In this document: positions 20,790 to 33,639 of the stretch, one piece after another | How positions within the stretch are numbered: the first letter of the stretch is position 1 | How the letters are laid out: each line of letters opens with the position of its first letter | NCBI RefSeq assembly: GCF_001194135.2 | Contig: NC_068987.1 | Location: 30,343,214 to 30,382,438 of the forward strand | Direction: 5' to 3' | From: Octopus bimaculoides | Lineage: Eukaryota | DNA: 39,225 nt | Position numbers and translations under genes: made by a program | Notes under the pieces: model-generated | What the model was told of the DNA's origin: nothing | The model's database searches: none | Seen by the model: the letters and a program-made list of their open reading frames with translations, nothing else

Positions 20790-21475
20790 GTGTTCTAATT
20801 TCTAATCAGCTAAAGGTACCTTGGAAGCATAGGTGTCAAAAAAAAAAAAAACGGCCAGTGTGGTAAGTTTTCAAGAAGCTGTTAACTTAGCTGGCAGCAA
20901 AGGGATTCTCACTTAGATCAAAGGGTAGAGTGTATCATAATTGCGTACACGCTACAATATAACATGTGAGTAGACTTAATCTATTGCTTGGTTTAACACC
21001 ACTACCTGGTACCGTTGATGCCTTCAGTGGTTTCTGGTTACCATTCTCTCTCCTCCCCACCTTGTCTTGAAGGCCTGTCTGGAAGATAAAATCAAAAGTA
21101 TGAGGTAGGGATACTAAATGCAGATGAAGTGAAAATGCTGGATAGAAATAAACCAAGCATGGTTCACTGGATGTGTAAAGTTAGCATGCATATGTGATAC
21201 AGATTTAGAGAAGCTGAAAGAAAAACTGGGTATAAAAGGAATCAAATGTGATTTACAAAAGAGAAAACAGCTATGGTTTGTGTATGTAATGGTTAGAGAT
21301 GATGGCAGTTGGCTGAAGAAATAGCAGGAGGTCCATGTGAAAGGTAAATGTGGACAGAAGTGGTGGAAAGCTAATTTGAGGATATTGAACCTGACAAAGG
21401 AGCACACCAAATGTTGTGTTAAAGGGAGCTGCCAAACCCATGCAAGCATGAAAAAAGTAGACATACAAATGATGT
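20790..21475 (+). mobile_element. RTE-clade LINE 3' fragment
   Basis: KGRVY...C remnant and LDRNKPSMVHWMCKV. Shares AAAACTGGGTATAA.AGGAATCAAATGT with 13480-13510 and ends in ACCCATGCAAGCATGAAAAAAGTAGAC. Confidence 0.72.
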
Positions 21476-21983
21476 GTATTGTGATTGTGTGTAGAATATA
21501 TAGAAAACATTGACTAGAGCTATACTGCTCATGCTTCATACTGAAATAACTTGCTAAAAAGTGATATTTTGAAAGTAATAAAAGAAAAAAAATATTATTT
21601 TGTAATATTTAACTGAAAAATATATGGATTTTCACCAGGAATAGTTTGTTTTCAGAGTAATCAGTTGAAGGTAAAAAAAGAGGCAGGCACTCAATTTTCT
21701 GGTGATTGGATTGAGAGGAAGTATGATAGGGGTTCAGACTCAGGAAAAAATATAATTGAAGTAGGGGACTCATGGTTGTGTGAAACAGGATATTTTTAAT
21801 TTATTTACATATTTCCTACTTTATCACTCAAAGATCTTTTGTTTTCTTTTTTAGTAAATCATTCTGTGACAATCTACATTGCTAGCAATAGCCATGGGAA
21901 TTCCATGATTATTTTGAAAACCATAAGATAAATCGAAGTTTATAAAGAAAAAAATATAGAATCGTATTTTCCTGAAATGATTG

Positions 21984-22900
21984 TAATGGGTTATTGCATA
22001 AATAATGCGGTTTTTTTCAATTGCATGAACTAAAAGTCGGAGGGGGACATGATAAACTACCTGCATCAACCTGTTATAAAAGTAGGTAGTGATTTTACCT
22101 TGTGCTTATTCTTAGTGCAAATTTTGAAGAGTGCAGTTCGAATTTAAGTTATTTTTTCAAAGTTATAACGGATGTAACAAAAGAGCATATTTGGTATTAT
22201 GAATTCAATAAAGGCAACGACACAATAGAAAATGCGAAGGATATTAATGCAGTATATGGGGATCGGACAATTAGCATAAACCAGTGTCAACGGTAGTTCC
22301 AGAAATTTTGAGCCAGAAACTACAGCCTAGAAGATGAGCCTCATCCTGGAAAATTTGTAAGGCTCGATAAGGACATCCTGCAAACCCTGGTGGAACAAAA
22401 TCCCATCATAGCTGTTGAGGAACTAGCAGAGAAGCTTAGGTTTGGTCATTCAATCATTCATCAACACCTGCGCTAGAAGAAAAAACTACCATCTTTGGTT
22501 TCAAAACAAAAAGTGTTATTCCATCAGGATAATGCTTAGCTACATACAGCAAGGATGACATTCCAAAAACTGGAGCAGCTTGAATGAGAAACTATGCCCC
22601 ACCCACCATATTTGCCGGATATTGCCTCATTTGATTATCATTTATCTCGCATTCTTCAAAATCATTTGGACGGAAAAAATATGAATTCTGTGGATGAGGT
22701 CAGAACAGTAACAGGAGTATTTTTTGTTATGGACAAGTGAATTTTGGAAGAAGGGCCTTGCAAGTCTACCAGATAGATGAAAGAGCATTGTAGAAAATGA
22801 AGGAGAGTATATTTTAGATTTAAAAAAAAACAAACTTTATTTTAATTTTGAAAAATAAAAGAAATATAAAAAACTGCATTATTTATGGGATGACACAATA
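21984..22900 (+). mobile_element. internally deleted mariner relic
   Basis: 33-bp imperfect TIRs (CATAAATAATGCGGTTTTTT core). Remnants YEFNKG...VYGDRTIS, SLEDEPHPG, LFHQDNA and HPPYLPDIASFDYHL, with a deletion junction near 22470. Confidence 0.9.
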
Positions 22901-23457
22901 TTTTTGTTATGAAGCTCGATGCTTGAGATGGGTGGGGGGAAGTCCAAATAAGCAGTACTGTAGGTGCATTTTTAAGAAAAGGAATCTAAAAATATTCTTT
23001 TTGTCCCCTCTTCCATCCTCATTGAGTGTTACTACCAGTTAGAACCTGAATTAAAGATAATTTACTACATTATTATTCTACTATGGTACAGCTATATTAA
23101 AAAAGCTTAAATAAACTTTAACATACTGTGCTATCTCATTTTTGTATCAAAGAAATTGCTTGTGGCTGGATTTGAATCCACTATCCCACTGAGCTGTGGG
23201 TAAAAAAAAAAAAACACTCTTGTAAGTGTGTGTGTGTGTGTGTGTATAAAATAATCATAATCTAAAATGATTTTGTCAGTTTTATGAATAACATAATACA
23301 AATGTATCCATAATAGATAGTCTTCAGTTTTGTTCCATAGTTTATCAGTCAATTGTTTTCTGGATAATAGAAGTGTATAGTAAATTGTGTTGCATTTCTG
23401 ATACATAATTAAAGCATTATATATGTAGACTGTAGCAAAATAATATACATGTTGTTT

Positions 23458-23536
23458 TTAAAAATTCATTACAGGAATATCTTATGTAAAATAAGGTTTT
23501 AACCTTATTTTACATATGATGTTCTTGAATTTTTAA
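23458..23536. repeat. 79-nt near-perfect palindrome
   Basis: Core ATGTAAAATAAGGTT-TT-AACCTTATTTTACAT. Arms extend to 27 bp with 3 mismatches and to about 38 bp with a 4-nt bulge. Confidence 0.88.
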
Positions 23537-25351
23537 TTGATATTGTAAGCACAATCAGATCTCATTAATTCCTCTGTGTGTGTGTGTGTGTGTTTTATCA
23601 AACTGTCAGTTTTTATTTACTACTGATAAATCTTAACCAGTAATTTGTGTTTTCTCAAAAATCAACTCAATTGCATTAATGTTTACAGATGTCTTCAGAA
23701 TTTTCATCTCACTGATTTATACAAATGTATCGTGCATGTCAACTGTTGTTGAATTGACTGTCTTCTCTTCCCTATATTGTTGCTTGTACATATTGGTAAT
23801 ATACCAACTACTTAATCCTCTTGGAACCTTTTTTCCCATCTGTTCCACCCAACCTTTAATCTCTTCCTGAACCTTATTTTGCTTCCAGTGATCCTGAATC
23901 CAACAAATGCCATATTTGGAAACTACGAGACAGCACTTAAGTTTCATTATATTTTGTATGTTTTTATTTACAGTTCAGCATGCTATTTATTACTGGATCT
24001 ATTAATGTTCACCTTCAGTTTTAATTCTTTTCCATCAGTGGGCAGTTTTCCTCTAATTAAACAGGAACACTGCAAACAAAAGTTGCTTCAGGACTTGGAA
24101 AAATATTCTTATAGTTAACTAAGCTAAAACGAATTAAAATATTTTCATTAAATTATCTTTCTATATTTTAACTGATGTTAGATTTCTATTTTTAAACTAT
24201 TTAGACCTCTATAAACTATCAACTGAAGCAAAAGAATATAGTTTTAAAATTGTTCCAGACACCATTGTTTTCTTAACTGAAAAAAATTAACGTATTAAAT
24301 TAAGAGGTTTTTTTTGTTTTTTTTATAGCTGTTTTCCCATTTTTATATAAAATACAAAAAGAACTTTTTTCCAAGCCTTCTCATGGTTAAATGCTTTGTT
24401 CTTAGCATGAAATCTTCCAATCTCTTGCTTTACTGTGTGACTACAATAACTTCTAAATTTTCACACCACCAACACTGGCTTATTCAATTTTAACACCACC
24501 TACTCGACTTTAAATAACACCTAACCTACTCTAATTTATAACTGACATTAATGCTTTTGAGATCATGGCATTTACACATTGCACTACACAATGTTACACA
24601 TTGCACACAATTGATTACATATAGCAATACATAGATTAGAAAACTGCTAAACACTTGATGCTATTAACTATAACTTCCATTGATATCCAAATCAATTAAC
24701 TTTGAGGAATGATAAAGCTGTATCATTGTTGTCTATACTCAAGTCCATCATTTAAAGCTATTTAACCTGCTTGCCACTTGTTTATCTGGTATAATTTTTC
24801 TTGGGATTGTTGAATAGAGGCTGTAACTTGGTGACTTTTCTAGCCATAATTTTCTTGTCTTTTGTAGTGAGCTTGGCTATCACATTATTTATGACGTGTG
24901 CTTTCAGGTCTTGAATGCATGGGTGTTAGACAAAATTTAAATGTATTTATCGGCTGAAGTGCATTCATGTCAAATGATATATTTTCATATATTTAGCTTT
25001 TGACACCTAAATTTATAATATCTTAATATAGTTCAAGGTGAAGTAAAAGATGAGTTAATATGTAAAATTAAAGTTGTATTGTAACACTAGATATTTAAAA
25101 ACCATTTAAGTAAATTTTGACATTTACATACACACAGTCACACACACAATTAGTATATTTCAGAAAAAAAATCTATTTCTTCTTCAAAAGTGGTTATTTG
25201 TAAATTAAAAATTTGTTTAGTATCTGGACACATTGAAAAAAAAAATGTAGAATAGGTAACTATCCAATTATGAGAATATTTCTTTTGTAGAGTGATATTG
25301 TTGTTGTTGCTGTCGTTATTATGAGTGTTATTTTTTTCTTTCATCTTCTAG

Positions 25352-25418
25352 TGACTGCACTGTGGGTATCTGGAAAAAACGGAATTATTTGGAAGCTCAT
25401 AGAAGTTCTTCTCTTTAA
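25352..25418 (+). CDS. KIF21: KIF21-like terminal coding exon
   Basis: Strong polypyrimidine tract plus TAG at 25349-51. Reads (N)DCTVGIWKKRNYLEAHRSSSL*, completing the last WD repeat (KIF21A DRTVRIWKARN). Phase 2 matches the previous exon. Confidence 0.88.
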
Positions 25419-25627
25419 CTCTGATCCAGTAACATGAGAGAAATTCATTTAGGTTTGCTAATAGCTTGCTATAGCAAATTATTTTAAAATTGTTCTGACT
25501 TGCTGCTTATGTCCACTCTTAAAACATTTTGGAAACATTGTTTTCAATTAAAAAAAAAGTTCTGTTTTATTTCAATTTTATTTTTTTATTCCATTGTTAA
25601 TTTTTTGTTTTTAGAGTCTAGTTACAA

Positions 25628-25633
25628 AATAAA
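25628..25633 (+). promoter_or_regulatory. candidate proximal polyadenylation signal AATAAA
   Basis: First AATAAA about 210 nt after the stop codon. In AT-rich DNA this may be chance, and the UTR could be much longer. Confidence 0.3.
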
Positions 25634-25945
25634 GTCATAATTTTTTTAACCTTGTATTCCCCAACGTTTTTAAGTATGGAAGCAACCATTGTGAATATTT
25701 CATTGTGAATGTATGTATCTGAGATACTTAAAAATACCTGAATATCTTTAAAATTCCATTCTTTCTGGACCCCAAAAAATTTTTTTTCATTCTGTAGAAA
25801 AGAAAATAAGAGGAAATAATTGAATAATTTTTTTTTTTTTTTAAATTTTTTTTTAAGAAGGCCAATTTTAATGAAACAGATGTTTTAAGTTATCAAACTT
25901 TAGGTTAGTTAAAATATGTTTATGGCAGATTTCAAATTCTAAATC

Positions 25946-26308
25946 AAATTCATTGCAGTTATTGTGGAGAAAAAATTCTCTCTTTTGGTAGATGTAAAAA
26001 CACTATATCTGCCCAATGCTTCCCTTTATCACATTCCCAAACAACTGTTTCTTGCTCTTTAGCCTTCACCAATGGGAAATACCAAAGAGAGACAACCCTG
26101 GGCAGACTCAAAGCCATAGTAGCTTTAACTCAAATAACAGTCAACGTCTGTGACTGAGCTGGACTGTTTAACCACCTGGTCAGGATCAATATAACATCAT
26201 GTTTATGATATATTTTAACTTCTAAAGGAAAATTCACTGCAGTTACTGTGGAGAAAAAAATTCTCTCTTATGGTGAAAGATGTAAAAACACCATATCAAT
26301 CCACTGCT
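25946..26308 (+). repeat. dispersed direct repeat ~75 bp (25946-26020, 26230-26308)
   Basis: AAATTCA(T/C)TGCAGTTA(T/C)TGTGGAGAAAAAATTCTCTCTT...AGATGTAAAAACAC occurs twice. Confidence 0.85.
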
Positions 26309-27336
26309 AAAACTCTAGTGGATTCTCAATCATTTCTGGTTTTTTATAGATTTTAATTGTCAAGCTAAGAATGTTAAAGTTGATGCAAAGTTACTCAAAG
26401 TAGTAAGCTGAGTTTTAATTAAATATTTACCCTTAGTGGGGTAGGGGTGGAAGATAATATTAATGTTTAACTCTGGAATTTAATTAAAAATAATTGAATG
26501 TAGTGTAGCTGGAAGTGAATCTAGTACTTAATTTCTGAAACTTTACACTTGATTATTTTTGTCTCTAAACTTGGTATTCTTGGCTATTAAATTAGGGGAA
26601 ATAGTTTATTCTTAAATTTTTTTCCTTCATTAAATGGTTTTGTCAAATAATTCCAAATTAAAAACTGGGATCTGTCATAAAATAGTTAAACTGATGGCAT
26701 TTGTCATAACCTTGGGTCATAAACATTATTACAAAGATTTCAGTAGCTTATTTTGTATTGAAAATTTCCTAAAGAATTTTTTTTTAATCATTATTATATA
26801 GTTTATTTTCAAGTTATTATGTAAATGCCACTAATGTAGATCTGGTCTTTAATTTTTGAACTTTCTTCTTTTTATACATTTAGATATTGATGACTTCTTA
26901 GTAGAAAGTTAGGTTAATGAGGTCTTTTATAACTGCTCACATCATATTTGTGAAGTATATTATTGTGTAATCTTAAAACTGTGATCATTTTAAAGCTTAA
27001 CTTGAAAGTTCTGTGGTAAATATTACATATAATCAGATGCAAGCATGACAATGTGGTTTTAGGTTCAATCTCATTATGCAGCATTTGAGGCATAGGTCTT
27101 CTATCACAGCGTTTTGCCCTTGTTTCAAACATTCTTTGGTCACTTTCAACATGGAATATAAATGAAACTGTGATTGGTCCATTAGAGACCTTTAACCAAT
27201 GATGCTATTGTTCACAAATTGCAATATTAATTCAATATTCCAGTGCTAATTTTGTCTTTATTTCATACGAAATTTGCTGAAATTATAGAATTTTAAGTAA
27301 TTCCTCTGTGGATCTGACAACAATGTAAAAGAAATA

Positions 27337-27560
27337 TTACTTGTTTCAGTTACTGGACTACAGTTCTGCTGGAACACCACCTTCTTTTCTTTTTTTTAAA
27401 GTTTTGTACTTATTCTAGCAGTCTCTTTTGCCTAACTGCTAAGTTACAGGGACATAAACAAACCAACACTGGTTGTCAGGCAGTGGTAGAGGAGACACAC
27501 TAACGCTTGTGTGTGTGTGTGTATGATGGGTTTCCATACGGTTTCCATCTAAATCCACTC
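27337..27560 (-). mobile_element. SINE family A (part of head plus type 1 tail)
   Basis: Reverse complement of the tail (TACTTGTTTCAGT, CTCTTTTGCC.AAC.GCTAAGTTAC) plus (GT)n and AAATCCACTC. Confidence 0.75.
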
Positions 27561-27889
27561 GCCATGTGGTTGAAAAGGAGACTTCTTACAACTCAACCAC
27601 ACTTTGTGTATTAAATTAAATTAAATATTCAGTTAAATATTTAAAACACATAGTTGAATGATCACATATTTACACATCATCTCATACTGGATAGAACATG
27701 TCAAATGGCTCCAGATATAAAATGTTTCATTGAAGGTGGTTAATGCATACCTTATTAGGTAAATATTATTCATTTCATAATTTGTTTCCCTAAACTAAAA
27801 TGGCTGGTTACTTAAGTAAACTGTCTGTTTACATGTAATTATCGTTAGTAGTCATAACTGTTTTTTTTTTTGTTTTGTTTTTTAGTAGT

Positions 27890-28210
27890 TTGGTCTAATA
27901 GAAGGGGTTGTGCCTATAGTCTTCACAGACCTCTGAGACCGGTGATATCAGCATGTTGTAAGTTAACAGTTACAGAAAGAAAAAAAACAGAGGCAGGGAA
28001 GGAATTCCAAAGAATTTAAGTTCTTCAAGCAGTGAAGAACTGAAAAAGTGGTCTGTATAAGGCCTGGGAGGTTGAAGGATACCTTATAGCTACAAGTCAG
28101 TCTAAGGGATCTGACTGGAGATGGCACTGGATCAGCCAACTCCAAGGAGCAGAGACCACTCTAGTAACTTCAGAAAAAAGCAGACGTTGACATTCTGTTG
28201 GTTGTAAACT
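27890..28210 (-). mobile_element. L2/CR1-like LINE 3' fragment
   Basis: Minus strand carries LWNSFPASV (LWNSLP motif) and ELADPVPSP, typical of the RT C-terminus in this clade. Confidence 0.6.
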
Positions 28211-28561
28211 GTTAATGTTAACTTCAATATCAGAGGTTTAGATTTGACAAATTTGTCTGAAATGGGACCAAATAGTTTTGTTCATTTTCATCTTTGAAGG
28301 GTTTTCCCCCTACAAACATATTTCCAGTGGATTTATTTATTTCCTTTATCAAAACGATTACTGGGAAATTTGGGGGTATTTATGTATCCTTTTTTTAAAA
28401 TTTTTTTGCTTTTTTTTAAAGTCTAAATACAATGAAAATTTCTACAAAGATTTTACAAATAAATCTTAAATTTCTTTAGAAATCTTATAATAAATAAAAT
28501 GTATTGGTAATGTTGTTCAGGCTGTAATTTAAAATAAGAGATTTCTGTGTGTGTGTGTGTG

Positions 28562-28663
28562 NNNNNNNNNNNNNNNNNNNNNNNNNNNNNNNNNNNNNNN
28601 NNNNNNNNNNNNNNNNNNNNNNNNNNNNNNNNNNNNNNNNNNNNNNNNNNNNNNNNNNNNNNN
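28562..28663. other. assembly gap (N)
   Basis: Run of N. Confidence 1.
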
Positions 28664-28849
28664 ATTTGATTTATAAATATCAGATAAGTTAACCTCCTTG
28701 TCTCTCTGTAGTTTGTAATCTCACAAATACTACTAACCTTCTAATTGGGTTATTTAACAAGCTAACTAGTAAATATTATCAAAACAACAGAAGAAAGATA
28801 AAGTATTTTCATACGTGAAGCATTGTAATATTTTCTTAAAAATTTTTTT

Positions 28850-28887
<38 letters not shown>

Positions 28888-29235
28888 GAATTTTCTATTT
28901 TTGTTTTTTATGATTACTCTTATTTTCATTATTTTCCAAAAAGAATTATCTGCTGATTTCGGGATGGTTTTAAATTTGTGTGCTTCCAATGGGTTATATC
29001 CTTGCCATATATCTATGATCGGAAGATCAGTTTACTGTGATCGCTATCTCTATTTATCTCACTCTTTATCTTTGTCTTTAACTTACCTTTTCCTTCTTTC
29101 TTATCTCGTATGAATGAAAATGGTTTGAAAGGAGAGAAATAGTAACGGTATTTCCTTGTGGTTGATAATCACAGTGAACTATTTCTGATTATCAATTTGC
29201 ATATTAAATGTTATTGTATTGCTTATTATTACTCT

Positions 29236-29455
29236 GGTGGCAAGCTGGCAGAATCATTAGAGCATCAAGCAAAATGCTTTGTAATATTTGTTCTGGCTCT
29301 TTATGTTCTGAGTTCAAATCCTGCTGAGGTCAACTTTGCCTTTCATTCCTCTGGGGTCAGTAAAATGCCAGTCAATTACAGAAGTTGATGGTATTGATAA
29401 TCACCCCTCCACTCAAAATTGCTGGCCTTGTGCCTAAATTAAAATCATTATTTTT
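29236..29455 (+). mobile_element. tRNA-derived SINE family B
   Basis: GCTGGCAGAATCATTAG head, B box GAGTTCAAATCC, central GAGGTCAACTTTGCCTTTCAT. Confidence 0.8.
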
Positions 29456-31901
29456 ATTATTTTCTACCTTTATTTTTATTATCTTCTACTATAGAAAAAA
29501 AATACTCTGGTGACCAATAATTTTCGTTTTGCTCAACAAAACGGGTTCTAAGATGAAATATGCTGACGAGTTCTAAAACTTTTCTCCTTTTTATGTCATA
29601 CTTTTCACAGTATTGTGTGTTGTTTTGTAACTTTCTCTCAGATCTGTTTATTTTTATCATTATTTCGATGTAAAATTTTTAATTTTATCCAATTAATTTA
29701 TGTCAAAGCTTCTCTTTAGCTCCTTTCTGAGAATTATTTTGATTTTAGATTTATTTATAGCCTTCTACACATACAATGTTATGTTTTATTTAATAATTAT
29801 AGAATTATTTGTAAACTCTTGCTGTTTTTAATTGGTTTATTCATTTATTTCTTTACTTTAATATTCAATTTCAACCAAATATTTAATTATATTCCCTAAC
29901 TCTTTAGAAATGGAATGTATTTGAAAAAGCACAAAAAGCTAGGTTTCACTTTTATCCCTTGTATTCTTAATTATTTCTTGCAAAGATTTAGATCCTTAAA
30001 TTTTACCAATAACTAAACAACTATGGAAATATATGTAGGATTGTTTGACCCTATTAATATAATTTATTTCTTGAATCATTGAGGGAAATGTTTTGAAATT
30101 ATCTCCCGTCTTTTGTCAGTTGTAATTAATAGACAGTATTTCTTTGACTTGGATTTCATAATACTTGAAATTAAAAAAAAAAAAGTGCCTTGTTGTTCTT
30201 CCATACAATTATAACCTAGAATATGAAGGCAACATGTATATGATGTCTCCATACCTCTTTTGTATTATTATTCCGTCCAAGGCATACATGACATAAAAAT
30301 GTATGTATTTGTGTATGTATATATTTGTATTTATGTGTGTATATATGTATATATTTGTGTCATGTATATATAAAAAATTTTCAAAACAACATTTGTAAAT
30401 TGATATTATGCAATGGCCATTTAAGTCATTTCCAAGTTTACTTACATCTTCTTCAATGAGTTTTACTTTATAAATTATTTGATTCTCTTAACTTCAATAA
30501 TTACTATGGGATTAGTGTCTTCTGCTATTTTCCCTGAGAGATTCTCTTACTTATTTGATATGATGTTCATGTTGAATTTTAATTATGATATTAAGTCATC
30601 TCTTGTTTCAATATTAGAAATAGTATTTTATCAGTAAATCAAATTTGATCATTTTCAATATTTTATTTTTCTTCTTGCATGATAGCTGACTTACAACCCA
30701 TTGTAAACATTTTCTATAGTTAGTTCATGTATGTAAAAAGTCTCACACATTTATTATTGTTATTAATATTCTAAAGGAACTTATATCTTAGTCCATACTA
30801 GAATTAGGATAAAATTGAGAAAAACTTAGTTTACTTTCCTCTATATCTGAGTTATATTCTCTAGAGCTCAGAATTATTAACCTCGAACCTGTAATATACA
30901 TTCCACTTGGGTCATTTTTTTTTTTATCTAAAACCTCCTGAATTAAAAGGGATCTCATTTGTTGTACAGTTGCAGCTGAACAGACATTAAAGATATGTAG
31001 AATGAAGTGTTATTTCTTCTTTCTTACAGAAGCTTTTCATTTTATTTTGTCTGTTAACAATATTTGTTATGTAAATAAATAAATACATTTTGAACTATTC
31101 TGTCTTGTTTTGATTTTTAACCATTTTATTTAGTAATTTTTTTTAAAACTCAATCTTTTTTTTTTTTAAACAAATCTGGATGCAATATTATTTTTATAAA
31201 ATTGACTGTCCTTATCATTCAACAAACCCAAGTACTAAAACTTGAATCTGTACTCAAAGCATGCAGTTATGTCCTCTATATAATACTATAACTCAGTGAT
31301 TGTTGTATATGAACAAATGTTCATTTGGGAAATAGTCTACTATCCTAATCAATTAGACATTGTGTGTCTTATTAATCACTATTTCACATCATTATTATTT
31401 TATATACTCACACATCCAAGCTGGTTATAGCTCCCTAATACAATGCAGTGTTGCTAGTCTTAGTATAACATCATCCCATCTGTAAGACCAAACATTTTGA
31501 AATAAATAGTATTTGTTTCGGAAATGATAGCATGTATTGAACAAGACTGCTGTTGTGTAGCACCATGTCAGCTCCATGGCATAGTGGAAGTTGAGTTAGT
31601 GACACAGTGCAACCCATAGATATAGTGTCCTAGTTACACCAGTATTTACTTGGTTGGGAACAAAACTGTTCACTCTGATATGCCATGATTAGTTGTGTAA
31701 GGTGAAGTGTGACAATCTGAGAATTTTGTACTTTTATCCATTTTCCAGTATGGTTTCACATTGGTATTACTAAAAAAAAAAAACAACAAAAAAAAGCATC
31801 AGAGGGGTGATGCATACCTTGTGTGCAGATAAGTTTTTTTCACAAATTATTGTGTTGCTTGCCCATGCTTTTTAATCAAACTGAATTTTGTTTTAAATAT
31901 T

Positions 31902-32455
31902 ACCATTATAGGTATTTATATTCTGGTGAAATTAAGAAATCAAATTGTAAATAAATGAAACCCTCAAATCCATCACTGTACATGTGTGCACACACACCCA
32001 CACAGTCACATATCTATTTATGCATTCTACATTGTAATGTCCCCTCTGTGTTTGGCCTTGCGTGGCTAATAAAGAAATGTATATACTCACATGTCTACAT
32101 GCATAGGTACACCATGATCTATACACATGCAGACAAGGGTTGATTCATATAAAAAAGAAAGTGATCAAAATAATGACCTTGCTAATTGGGAAATTTAAAA
32201 GTTTGATTTTTAAAAATTGTTTTTTTCTTTTTAAGTATCACCGTTATAGGTATATATACTCTGGTGAAATTAAGAAATCAAGTTGTAAATAAACGAAACC
32301 TTTGAATCCATCACCACACACATACACACACACATCTATCTATGTACTCACACGTGTCTGTGCACATAAGTACACTATGACCTATGCACATGAGGGTTGA
32401 TTCATATGAAGAAAGTGAAGAAAATACTATGATCTTCCTTATTAGGAAATTTGTT
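31902..32455 (+). repeat. local tandem duplication, ~338-bp period
   Basis: ACC(A/G)TTATAGGTAT...TCTGGTGAAATTAAGAAATCAA...AATCCATCAC...AGGGTTGATTCATAT at 31902 and 32240. Confidence 0.85.
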
Positions 32456-32862
32456 AGTTTTTTTTTTCTTTCTGTTTTTGGCATTAAGAATCACCAAATG
32501 TTCATTTCGAGCCAGTCAGCCACTATTTCTGCCAAATGTGGTAAACATCCGTTTTCCAGTAATTTTGCAATTAAACAAACTGAAGACAAGTGATTATAAT
32601 ACCCTGCTTTTGCTTATGCATGCAGGGTAATGAAGTCAGTACAAAGAATATGAAGATCTCTTGCTGTTTTATTCTGAATGTGGTGATGTTATTGTATTAC
32701 CTTTTAACTATAGTTAACAGGAGATAATGATTTCATATTTATACAAGAGCTCAGTGATTTTCATAGTTTGATTCAGTCTTAATTTATTGACAAGAATGTA
32801 TTACTTGCTCTCCAATATATGGGGGAGTGACATACATTTTCATTTCTCATATCTTCTCATGA

Positions 32863-33020
32863 TGGTGGATTGGCAGAAATATTAGAGAAAAAGGCAAAAA
32901 TGTGTGGAATTTTGATTTCTTTTTTTTTTAATTTTAAGTTCAAATCGTGATGAGATCAACTCGGCCTTTCAAACTTTTTTAAGTAAATAACAAAATATCA
33001 GTCAAGTATTGGAGACAATT
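32863..33020 (+). mobile_element. SINE family B, degenerate
   Basis: TGGCAGAAATATTAG...AAGTTCAAATC...GAGATCAACTCGGCCTTTCA. Confidence 0.6.
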
Positions 33021-33639
33021 TGTTACGGGGAATTTTCCCTGGCTTATTCAAGCAAGAGACTAGCAGAAAATTCCAAACAAATTTTCTGGCTGATATTTGT
33101 GCTGTAAGGACTAATGAAGGTAAAACTGCCACAGTATACTTGTAAAGAGTAGTAACTCTGGGCAATATTAGTTTTGAAAGATATTTTATCTGACAGATTT
33201 CATGGTTTCAGTTCATTTCTACTGTTTCATTTTCTCAGGGTAGGATACTTCTACCCTGTATTTCCATTCATTTTAGTCATCAGTAATATGAACCTAACTT
33301 TCCTAAAGAAGCATTCTTCGGCTGGGCTTGTATTCTACCCAAAATATCAAATTTAAACCAGTGATGCATTTTAATGACATTTTAACAATAAACTAGTTCT
33401 CTGCTTCAGTTAAAATGCAAGTTTTTAAGTTAATGTGGTTCATCTGTTTCTGTCTTTTCTGCTATATAGTGTTGAGCGTAGGTTTTTGTAGATAAAAAGA
33501 TTAGATACAATGTACAATTTTGTGGTCACTTGTTCATAGCAACTTTATTTAGAAATGTATTAGCCCTGATTCAGTAAGGCTAAAACTATAGGCATTTTAG
33601 CCATAGCCATCATGTCAGATTGTACATCAGAGACTACAT

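Noticed and set aside
29505-29575. Hairpin CGTTTTG-N5-CAAAACG followed by GAAA on the minus strand, and CTGACGA on the plus strand, as a hammerhead
   Set aside because: The core halves lie on opposite strands, stem III does not pair and there is no stem I complement.
33365-33419. Short inverted repeats (TGCATTTTAA/TTAAAATGCA; also 29029-29180 and about 33585-33610)
   Set aside because: 8-13 bp AT-rich stems are expected by chance at this base composition.
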